A stretch of DNA of 64,000 bases, from positions 430,796 to 494,795 of the forward strand of contig CBEVQO010000002.1 of the NCBI GenBank assembly GCA_965552055.1. Reading direction: 5' to 3'. A model generated the notes under the pieces. It had not been told where the DNA came from. It ran no database searches and saw only the letters and a list, made by a program, of their open reading frames with translations. The position numbers and the translations under genes were made by a program. Of the stretch, positions 40,104 through 48,123 are shown piece by piece. The stretch's first letter is position 1; the number at the start of each line of letters is the position of its first letter. The DNA comes from an uncultured bacterium. GTDB lineage: Bacteria > Hydrothermota > UBA3073 > NMUJ01 > CBEVQO01.

Positions 40104-41921
40104 GTGATTTTATGTTTTTTGATAAACTTATCTGCACAAATTGAAATTTTGCCTTCAGGCTCTTTACCTATTATTTTAGATAGTGATACTGTCCCTGGCA
40201 CTCCTTTTTATGTAAAAGTCAAAATTAGAGAAATTGTCCCTGATACTTATAAGATAGGCATCTGGGTTTATGGTGGTGCCGGTGATATCTGTGAGTGGTG
40301 GGACCCCTGGCTTTCATCGTGGCGTGGCTGGTATCATACATCACCTGCATTTACAACAGAAAAAGAATCATTAACTTTTATAATCCCGGTCAGGATAAAA
40401 AAATTTCCAGAAGCAGGATACGATTACTATATAAAATTTAAAATTGAACAAATTAGTGAAGGTGTAGAAGCCACATCGCAAATATACGATTATGAGGGAT
40501 TCAATTTAATGAATATGCGGACAGAAGGAGGCTGGATTTGTGGTAAAACTTCAAAATCAGGTTACTATGTGCTTGTAAAAAGGAATGACACCGTTTTTGG
40601 ATTTGTTAGAGCAGAAGATAATGGAGTGGATGAAGGCAATCCTTCTCTTTCTGGCTATTTTATCTGTGCTGTACCCGCGGGAAATTATGATGAGATAGAA
40701 GTAAGAGATACTAATTTTAACATTTTTTCAGAAAGTTTTGATATACCACCGCCTTATTCTGTATCTGCAGGTGATACAACTTTTGTCTCATTCTTTGTAA
40801 ATGTCGATTCACTAAAAGTTTCGCCACAAAATCCCATTCCATATATGCCATGCACTTTGAAAATTTTTGTAAAAAATCCATTCGAAGCAGAAGTTACACT
40901 AAAAATCAGAATTTTCGAAGATACAACCTGGGATTATAAAGAAGATGTTTTTCTCGATAGTTCTTCTCATAAAATTTTTGCCTTATCTGATACAATTTTA
41001 TCGTGTATTTTGAAATTGCAACAGGGAAATCGCATTCTCATAATTTATGCTGATAATACGAGATTTAAAAAATGTATCAAAGTAGGAAACCCTATTGGCG
41101 AAATAGTGATAAACGAATTTTTGCCTTACACTTCTGATTACAACGAATTCATTGAAATTTTAAATCGCTGGAATAAACCCATAAATCTAAAAGGATGGTG
41201 GATAGGTAAAGATGAGCCTGATTTTCAGATTAAAGATTCCATTGTATTAAATCCAGGACAATTTGCTGTTTTATGTTCTGATAGAGCAGATTTTAGAAAA
41301 TATCAAATACCTCAAACCGCTATAATCATTGAGTTCGATGATTGGGCTGAAAGTTATTTACCGCAGGCTGGAGAAATAAGAATTTATATGCCCGATTCCT
41401 TTGAAATAGATTATGTGAGATATACCATTGACCTTGGCAGTCATTATGATACATCGGTTGAGCGAATAAATCCAGAGATACCTTCTCTTGATAGCACAAA
41501 CTGGGGATTGTGCGTCCATCCACTGGGAGCTACCCCCGGCGATACAAATAGTATCTATGCAGGGTTTAAAGTAAAAGAATTAAAGTTAGAAATAGAACCA
41601 AAAGTTTTTAATCCAGAAGACCCCACAAAATCTCGCATATTTATATCCTATAAATTGCCATTTGTGAGAGCTTATGTAAGATTATTTATTTTCGATGTAA
41701 GGGGTCGTGTTGTCAGGAAACTTTGTGATGGCACACCTTCTGGTGCAAGAAGTATATATCTCGAGGATGGAAGCGTTATTTATAGCCACATATGGGATGG
41801 AAAAGACGATAAAGGAAGGAATTTACCAATGGGACCTTACATAATTTACTTACAGGCACAGGATATGGATTCTAAAAAAGTAGTATCTGCCAGAAAAACC
41901 TGTATCGTAATAAGAAAATAA
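40104..41921 (+). CDS. Secreted lamin-tail-domain protein with FlgD/CTD-type C-terminus
   Basis: IVINEF...EFIEILN...INLKGW; TPG..NS; IFDVRGRVVR...WDGKD...GPYI. Confidence 0.75.
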   Translation: MILCFLINLSAQIEILPSGSLPIILDSDTVPGTPFYVKVKIREIVPDTYKIGIWVYGGAGDICEWWDPWLSSWRGWYHTSPAFTTEKESLTFIIPVRIKKFPEAGYDYYIKFKIEQISEGVEATSQIYDYEGFNLMNMRTEGGWICGKTSKSGYYVLVKRNDTVFGFVRAEDNGVDEGNPSLSGYFICAVPAGNYDEIEVRDTNFNIFSESFDIPPPYSVSAGDTTFVSFFVNVDSLKVSPQNPIPYMPCTLKIFVKNPFEAEVTLKIRIFEDTTWDYKEDVFLDSSSHKIFALSDTILSCILKLQQGNRILIIYADNTRFKKCIKVGNPIGEIVINEFLPYTSDYNEFIEILNRWNKPINLKGWWIGKDEPDFQIKDSIVLNPGQFAVLCSDRADFRKYQIPQTAIIIEFDDWAESYLPQAGEIRIYMPDSFEIDYVRYTIDLGSHYDTSVERINPEIPSLDSTNWGLCVHPLGATPGDTNSIYAGFKVKELKLEIEPKVFNPEDPTKSRIFISYKLPFVRAYVRLFIFDVRGRVVRKLCDGTPSGARSIYLEDGSVIYSHIWDGKDDKGRNLPMGPYIIYLQAQDMDSKKVVSARKTCIVIRK

Positions 41922-42395
41922 TCATTTTAAGTCTTTAAGAAAAGGCTTTAACACATGGTGAAAAATTGAGAGTATAACTGCACTTACAATAACCGCTAAT
42001 GTCACATTCCAGGAAAATCCAGTAAGAGCTACACCAAGAGCGGTCCCTGCAGCCGGTGGATGACGCACCCCTACAACTACCATCAGAAAAATGGATAAAC
42101 CAACAGCCAGAGAATAAACAAGAATAGAATGAAAAAGGGTAACCTGCGGAATAAGAGAGCAAAGCGAACCGCACAGCAAACCTATTAAATGCCCGCCTAT
42201 AACATTTTTCGCATTTGCTACAGTGCTCTTTGGAGTTATAAAAACGATAAAAGCAGTTGCACCAATGGATGCAATAACAACCTGATACTTTATGTTCAAA
42301 ATAAGCAAAACAACAAATAAAGAAAGAGTAGCTAAAAAACTTTGCATTAAATAATTTTTCCATAACTCTTTAAATTTCTTCATTCTATCACCCAT
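41922..42395 (-). CDS. HPP-family membrane protein
   Basis: ASIGATAFIVF; NVIGGH; HPPAAGTAL. Confidence 0.85.
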   Translation of the reverse strand: MGDRMKKFKELWKNYLMQSFLATLSLFVVLLILNIKYQVVIASIGATAFIVFITPKSTVANAKNVIGGHLIGLLCGSLCSLIPQVTLFHSILVYSLAVGLSIFLMVVVGVRHPPAAGTALGVALTGFSWNVTLAVIVSAVILSIFHHVLKPFLKDLK

Positions 42396-43378
42396 ATCCC
42401 AAGATTCTTTAATTCTTCGATAACTTTTTCAAGTTTTTCAATAATTTCATCTCTTGTCTTTCTTATATCCCAGGGTTCGGGTACATTTAAAACTTTTATC
42501 TTACGATGAACATCAGGACACATTTCCAATATTTCATCTTTATGCATCTCTTCCATACAAATGATTAAATCTGCCCATTCTATCAGCTCTAAATCGAGTT
42601 TCTTGGTTCTGTGATGCGATATGTCAATTCCTATTTCTTTCATTGCATTAATTGCAGATTGGCTTGCACCCTGTGTTATCGGCATTATTCCACATGACCC
42701 AACATCTAAAGATTTCACATATTTCTCTTTAAGATAATAATGGGCAATGGGACTGCGGTCTTTATTTGCTGTGCAAACAACCAATATCCTTAATTTGCCA
42801 TCATATTCTACTTTTTCTCCTGATATTTTGACAATTTCATAAACACCAACCCTTCCCCGTCTCAAAATTTTGAAAGGTTTTTCCGAAACTTTTAAGACAG
42901 TCGAAGGAAGATTATATTTTGTTTCACCTCCATTTATCACATAATCTACTTTCAGCTTTATTTCCTTTGCCGAACGCGGTGGAGCTTCACCCGAAGGATT
43001 TGCACTTGTAGTTGCAAGCGGATTTTTATAAACCCTAAGAATTTCAAGAATTTCTTTATTGTTCGGAATCCTAATTCCTATTGTTCCGTCTTCTGCTTTT
43101 ATTGGACATTCTTCTTTAGCTTTAAAAATTAAAGTCAATGCACCCGGCCAGAATTCATCAATTAGTCTTTTAGCACCTGCTGGAATTTCTTCTACATATT
43201 TCCCGAGTTCTTTTTTATCGTGAATGAATAAAATCAGAGGCTTTCTATAATCTCTTCCCTTTAAACCGTATATTTTTTTAACTGCTATTTTATTTTGGGC
43301 ATCTGCACCTATTCCATAAACCGTATCTGTAGGAAATGCAATAATTCCTCCTTTTTTGAGTATTTCTATTATCTCCAT
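42380..43378 (-). CDS. tsaC: TsaC/Sua5 threonylcarbamoyl-AMP synthase fused to an LMW-phosphatase domain
   Basis: FPTDTVYG; KGR; WPGALT; GIRIP; TSANPSG; then VCTANKDRS...ADLIICME. Confidence 0.85.
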   Translation of the reverse strand: MEIIEILKKGGIIAFPTDTVYGIGADAQNKIAVKKIYGLKGRDYRKPLILFIHDKKELGKYVEEIPAGAKRLIDEFWPGALTLIFKAKEECPIKAEDGTIGIRIPNNKEILEILRVYKNPLATTSANPSGEAPPRSAKEIKLKVDYVINGGETKYNLPSTVLKVSEKPFKILRRGRVGVYEIVKISGEKVEYDGKLRILVVCTANKDRSPIAHYYLKEKYVKSLDVGSCGIMPITQGASQSAINAMKEIGIDISHHRTKKLDLELIEWADLIICMEEMHKDEILEMCPDVHRKIKVLNVPEPWDIRKTRDEIIEKLEKVIEELKNLGIWVIE

Positions 43379-44307
43379 CTTAGTTTTAAAAAACTCAAGG
43401 ATAATTGTAACACCTTTGTATTGAAAAAGCGTGCAGTCAAATGTCCTGCCGGTATCCAGCAAAGAGGTGGATAGCCAAATGCTTCCCATGTTTCATAAAC
43501 TGCTTTCCTCGGAATTACTTCATCGAAAAAAGCATTAACCATTAAAACATTTCTTGGATTATTCCTGTAAGCGTAAGTTAAAGGGTCAATATAATACCAT
43601 GACCATCTTGTCTCATGCACTTTTTTGTCTCTATAAACTTTATCGAGATATTTTTTGTAATCCGAAAGAATGTAAAGGTAATCCTTTTTCCCTATTCCTC
43701 TTTTTTTAAGCCATCTTCTAATTGCTCTTCCTGCAAACCCTTCCCAGACAATTCTGTGTATGTGTCCTGCACCAAGAAAAGAAATACCAGCAGAATAACG
43801 CAAATCAACACCCATCAATGTATTCAAAATTATTGCTCCTAAACTTATACCAAAGCAGGCAATTTTAAATCCTTCTTTCTGAAAGAAATCAGCAAGTGAC
43901 ATGAGGTCAATAATCGCCTGTCTATAAGCTTCGTAATTCTGTCTTTCGTTCACTGTGAAAAACAGCTCTCCTGACCTGTATCCCGAAGGGGTTCTTTCCC
44001 TATGATATGGTAAAACAATTTGCACAGTATCGTATCCTTCCTTTCTAAACTGCACGGTGAAGTAGCAGGGATAAGTGCATTTTGGTCCGTGCCAGCCGTG
44101 AATTAAAACGATTACTTTATTGGAATTCTTTCTATGCCACAAAGCAAAAACTCTGTTATTCTCCGGAAAAGAAGTTTTTAAAGCACTTTCAAATTCAATC
44201 AAATAGGTATTAAGCCCCCATTTATCGAACTTTTTTATCCTATAGTTTTTGACCTTTTGATACTGAAATATTTCTTCTGGTTCAAATGTTGATTTCTGCT
44301 CCGACAT
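43369..44307 (-). CDS. Alpha/beta hydrolase
   Basis: IHGW; LPYHRER; GISLG nucleophile elbow; DEVIP; GH. Confidence 0.75.
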   Translation of the reverse strand: MSEQKSTFEPEEIFQYQKVKNYRIKKFDKWGLNTYLIEFESALKTSFPENNRVFALWHRKNSNKVIVLIHGWHGPKCTYPCYFTVQFRKEGYDTVQIVLPYHRERTPSGYRSGELFFTVNERQNYEAYRQAIIDLMSLADFFQKEGFKIACFGISLGAIILNTLMGVDLRYSAGISFLGAGHIHRIVWEGFAGRAIRRWLKKRGIGKKDYLYILSDYKKYLDKVYRDKKVHETRWSWYYIDPLTYAYRNNPRNVLMVNAFFDEVIPRKAVYETWEAFGYPPLCWIPAGHLTARFFNTKVLQLSLSFLKLRWR

Positions 44308-44920
44308 ATGCTTTTATGAAATTATCTTCCCATTCTTTTCCAAATAATTTCATCGCTGTATCCCCTGTGCAATGAGAAGGTGCTATTTTTTCCACACCTA
44401 ATTCTTTTAATTTGTTTATAACTTTATAAATTTCCTTTCGCGAAGTATGAAAAAGATGGAATCCCCCCATCAATAAATAAATTTTTTCATTTAATTTTTC
44501 TTTAAACAATTTTGCGATGTTTTCTACTCCTGGATGTGCGCAACCTGTAAGAATTACAAGACCTTTTTCTGTGCGTATGCAAAGGGATTGCTCTTTCACC
44601 CATCTACCCATCTCGCCCGATGTGTAAACATTTTCCAGAATTTCCGAAAAACTTTTAATCTTTTGAAAAATTCTAATTTCCGGATTTTTCTTCAAAATCG
44701 CATTAATTCCGCCTGTATGGTCATAATGGGAGTGTGATATAAACAGATATTTTAACTCTTTGGGATTTATTTTCAAAATTCCAAGATTTTGTATTAAAAT
44801 ATTACCGTCGCTTCCTGTATCAAACATCAGTTTCAATTCGGGAATTACAGCAGAGTATCCCCAGCCTGTTTTCAGAAGTTTATGACCCGGATAATTATCG
44901 AAGGCAATTATGATTTTCAT
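44282..44920 (-). CDS. MBL-fold metallo-hydrolase
   Basis: FDTG; SHSHYDHTGG; GCAHPG; GGFHL; HCTG. Confidence 0.85.
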   Translation of the reverse strand: MKIIIAFDNYPGHKLLKTGWGYSAVIPELKLMFDTGSDGNILIQNLGILKINPKELKYLFISHSHYDHTGGINAILKKNPEIRIFQKIKSFSEILENVYTSGEMGRWVKEQSLCIRTEKGLVILTGCAHPGVENIAKLFKEKLNEKIYLLMGGFHLFHTSRKEIYKVINKLKELGVEKIAPSHCTGDTAMKLFGKEWEDNFIKAYVGAEINI

Positions 44921-44925
44921 CCCAT

Positions 44926-44952
44926 AGTTTAAACAAATATTGTAATTGTCAA
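44926..44952 (-). promoter_or_regulatory. promoter TTGACA-N15-TAAACT
   Basis: -10 lies 5 nt before ATG 44920. Confidence 0.7.
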
Positions 44953-44962
44953 CAATTTTCAC

Positions 44963-44989
44963 TTGACAAAGTACTATTTTGAATAATAA
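44963..44989 (+). promoter_or_regulatory. promoter TTGACA-N15-TAATAA (register ambiguous in AT run)
   Basis: 9 nt upstream of tRNA-Arg. Confidence 0.55.
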
Positions 44990-44998
44990 TTATTGTGT

Positions 44999-45072
44999 GC
45001 CCCCGTAGCTCAACTGGATAGAGCATCGGATTTCTAATCCGAGGGTTGGGGGTTCGAGTCCCTCCGGGGGCA
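44999..45072 (+). tRNA. tRNA-Arg(TCT)
   Basis: GCCCCCG/CGGGGGC acceptor; TCGGA-TTTCTAA-TCCGA; GGTTCGAGTCC. Confidence 0.95.
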
Positions 45073-45081
45073 GGAGGTATT

Positions 45082-46587
45082 ATGAAAGAAAAATATGATG
45101 TGGTAATAATTGGAGGAGGTATTTCAGGGCTCACATGTGCTGCATGGCTTTCGCGTAAAGGTCTCGAAGTATTGCTCATTGAGAAAAACGATAGAGTGGG
45201 AGGATTGTGTTCTACATTTAAAAAAGGAGAATTCTTATTCCATCCCTGTGCATCCGTAATAGCCGGGTGTTCAGACGGCTTCTTACCGAAGTTATTTTCG
45301 GAGCTTAAATTAAAAGATATCGATTTCATCCCACTGCCATCGGTATTCAAATATGTGATACCAGGCTACACTGTTACGGAGGATAGGGATACGGGTAGTT
45401 ATGTAAATCGTCTGAGCGAATTGTTCCCCAAAGAGCAGGCATCTATAAAATCGTTCTTCGAAGAAATGCAACATATTTACTCTGACCTGGAGAAAGTTAT
45501 ACTTGCTGATGACAGGATAAATTACGGAAAAGTTAAAAAATCGCCTATAACAAAATATACAGGTAAAACATTAATTCAGGTTATCAGGAAGATATTTAAT
45601 TTTAAGGATGAAAAATTAATATCTTTACTTTGTGGCCTGCCTGCTTCTTTAATGTGCTTACCACCCGAAGAAGTATCCTTTCTTTCTTATGCCTTTTTCG
45701 TTATGCAATGGCATAATGGCGGATGTTTTATCGTAAAAGGAGGCATTCAGAACCTTGCAGATGCCCTTAAAGGAAGCATTGAAGAGCATGGCGGAGAAGT
45801 ACTTTTATCGAGCACTGTTAAGAAATTGTTAATAAAAGATAAAAAAGTTTATGCTGTCCGCCTTGAAAATGGAGAAGAGATACAGGCAAATTATTTCGTA
45901 TCCGCTATCAATCTTTATCACCTTTATTTAAATTTACTTGGGATAACCAACTCCGATATGGATACCGTTAAGAAATTGCGAGATGCTACTTTGCCTTATT
46001 CTATTTTTGGGGTATGTGTTGGCGTTGATGCTAAAGTAGTGGCTGATGCTGAGCCTGCATACCATTGTTATAGCCCTGCTTATAATTTAAGTGAATGGTA
46101 TTCCACCATTGAGAAAAATATGTATTCCATTGATGCTCAAGTAATTGCTAATGCAACTCTGGTTGCAGATTCTTCGCTTGCATCCAGTGGAAAAGCTACT
46201 CTCACTCTTTATCTACCTGTTACCTATCAAACAAAAGCCAGCTGGCCCAGTTTGAAAGAAAAAATGGCAGATGTCCTGATAAAGAGAGCCGAAAAATTGT
46301 TCCCAGGAATTAAAAATGCTGTCTCTGATTATATGGCATTTACACCTATTGATTATGAAAACTGGATTTTGAGCGAAAAGGCATCACTTACTGGCTTTGC
46401 TGAAACAGTTAATCACTCACTTGATAGAAGATTTGCTCATAAAACAATTTATGATAATTTGTTTACATGTGGACAATGGACACAACCGGGAATGGGAATT
46501 AATTCTGCAATCTACTCTGGCTTAACTGCAGCCAAAATTATTTTGCAAAAAGAAGGTATTGACCCACTTAGAGAATTAGGTTATTAG
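45082..46587 (+). CDS. Phytoene-desaturase-family FAD oxidoreductase
   Basis: YDVVIIGGGISGL; EKNDRVGG; GGIQNLADAL; TPIDY; GQWTQPG.G; SD AGGAGG. Confidence 0.85.
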   Translation: MKEKYDVVIIGGGISGLTCAAWLSRKGLEVLLIEKNDRVGGLCSTFKKGEFLFHPCASVIAGCSDGFLPKLFSELKLKDIDFIPLPSVFKYVIPGYTVTEDRDTGSYVNRLSELFPKEQASIKSFFEEMQHIYSDLEKVILADDRINYGKVKKSPITKYTGKTLIQVIRKIFNFKDEKLISLLCGLPASLMCLPPEEVSFLSYAFFVMQWHNGGCFIVKGGIQNLADALKGSIEEHGGEVLLSSTVKKLLIKDKKVYAVRLENGEEIQANYFVSAINLYHLYLNLLGITNSDMDTVKKLRDATLPYSIFGVCVGVDAKVVADAEPAYHCYSPAYNLSEWYSTIEKNMYSIDAQVIANATLVADSSLASSGKATLTLYLPVTYQTKASWPSLKEKMADVLIKRAEKLFPGIKNAVSDYMAFTPIDYENWILSEKASLTGFAETVNHSLDRRFAHKTIYDNLFTCGQWTQPGMGINSAIYSGLTAAKIILQKEGIDPLRELGY

Positions 46588-46669
46588 CGGAGGTGGCGGA
46601 AAGGTAGACGCTCTGGACTTAGGATCCAGTGGGGTTTTCCCCGTGTGGGTTCAAGTCCCACCCTCCGCA
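46587..46669 (+). tRNA. tRNA-Leu(TAG)
   Basis: GCGGAGG/CCTCCGC; CTGGA-CTTAGGA-TCCAG; long variable arm. Confidence 0.95.
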
Positions 46670-47497
46670 TCATTTGAAAATAACTATCTCTTCTTTTAGC
46701 TCTATCCCAAATTTTTCTTTCACTTTATTTTTCACAATTTGAATTAGTTTATAAATATCCTCTGCTTTTGCTTTCCCTTTATTTATAATGAAATTCGCAT
46801 GTTTTTGAGACACTTCTGCATCACCTATGCTTAATCCTTTACAACCAGCAAGTTCTATCAACCTACCTGCAAAGTTGTCTTCTGGATTTTTGAAGATACA
46901 GCCTGCACTTGGAAAATCCAAAGGAAATTTTTTTCGCCTTTCTTTCAAAATTTCATTTATCATTCGTTTTATAACCTCTTTCTCTCCTTTCTCACATTCA
47001 AAAACTACCTCAATTATTACCTTTCCCGTATTTTTGAAAATACTTTCCCTGTATCCAAATTTGCATCTTTCTTTTGGTATCTCAAAAATTCCTTCCTTTG
47101 TTGCATATTTCACTTTTAATATTTTATCAGAAATTTTCTTCCCTTTAAATCCTGCGTTCATTGCAGTAGCTCCTCCGATGGTACCTGGTATTCCTGCAAG
47201 AAATTCAAACCCTTTTATTTCGTTTTTTATGCAAAAATTCAAAAACTTTGTAATGGGTAAGCCTGCTCCTGCGGTTAAAAACTTATCTTTCAGTGTTATC
47301 TTCGAAAAATAAGGATATTTTATTAGCAGAAAAGGGGTTTTTTCGGCACTTTTTAAAATCAGAACATTTGAACCTCCTCCTATTACATAAAATTTCTCAA
47401 CTTTCTTTAAAAATTCCATCAAATCTTCTTCGTTTTTAGGCTGAAATAAAATTTCAGGATTTATTTCTGTTCGGAAAGTAGTTATGTATTCCATCAA
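46670..47497 (-). CDS. murB: UDP-N-acetylenolpyruvoylglucosamine reductase
   Basis: GGGSN; GIPGTIGG..MNAG; FGYRES; SAGCIFKNP; HANF. Confidence 0.93.
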   Translation of the reverse strand: MMEYITTFRTEINPEILFQPKNEEDLMEFLKKVEKFYVIGGGSNVLILKSAEKTPFLLIKYPYFSKITLKDKFLTAGAGLPITKFLNFCIKNEIKGFEFLAGIPGTIGGATAMNAGFKGKKISDKILKVKYATKEGIFEIPKERCKFGYRESIFKNTGKVIIEVVFECEKGEKEVIKRMINEILKERRKKFPLDFPSAGCIFKNPEDNFAGRLIELAGCKGLSIGDAEVSQKHANFIINKGKAKAEDIYKLIQIVKNKVKEKFGIELKEEIVIFK

Positions 47498-48123
47498 ACT
47501 GTTTCTTTAATTAAGGCGATGATTGAACCTATTATCAAACTTATCAAGGCAGCGATTAATAAATTTAGCTTGATGTTAGGGACGGCGGGTTTCTTTGGCA
47601 AATAAGGTTTATCCAGCACTTTTGCCATTGGATTTATAGCCGTTAATTTTAATTCTTCATTTAATTTATTGAGAATCTGGGGATAAAGATTTGCTATTGC
47701 AACTGCCACATCAGGGCTTTCGTCTCTGACCCTTATTTCAATCACACCTTCTTTTGTTTTCCTTATCCTTGTTCTTTTTCTTAAAATACTAACAGCACTT
47801 CTAATTTCTTTGCGATTATAATGTTCTTTTAAATTCAATTTCTTTACGATTTCTTCGCAAATTTTGTTGCTTTGAAGTAATGCGAGTATCATTGAGACAG
47901 AAGGTGAAGGTATCTCAAATGATGTAAAATATGGGATAAAACCCGGTGATGGCAATTTTTCAGAGGACGGAGGCAAAAGTGAAATGCGTGCTTCATATAA
48001 AGGTGTCATCTTTTTTGAGATTACAAATGTTACTATTTCGCTACCTATAAAAATAGTTAAAATAAGTATTTTCCTTTTCCACAATATTCTCCAGATATCT
48101 ATAAGTGTTAGTTCTTTTTCCAT
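47494..48123 (-). CDS. Wzz/GumC-type polysaccharide chain-length protein
   Basis: ELTLIDIWRILWKRK + TM + PLYEA; C-terminal P..P..P + TM. Confidence 0.8.
   Translation of the reverse strand: MEKELTLIDIWRILWKRKILILTIFIGSEIVTFVISKKMTPLYEARISLLPPSSEKLPSPGFIPYFTSFEIPSPSVSMILALLQSNKICEEIVKKLNLKEHYNRKEIRSAVSILRKRTRIRKTKEGVIEIRVRDESPDVAVAIANLYPQILNKLNEELKLTAINPMAKVLDKPYLPKKPAVPNIKLNLLIAALISLIIGSIIALIKETV

Noticed and set aside
43379..43489. Extended start of tsaC
   Set aside because: Overlaps the hydrolase gene; the TsaC domain starts near 43378
45046..45081. ORF-track N-terminal extension of the oxidoreductase
   Set aside because: Lies inside tRNA-Arg; the SD supports ATG 45082
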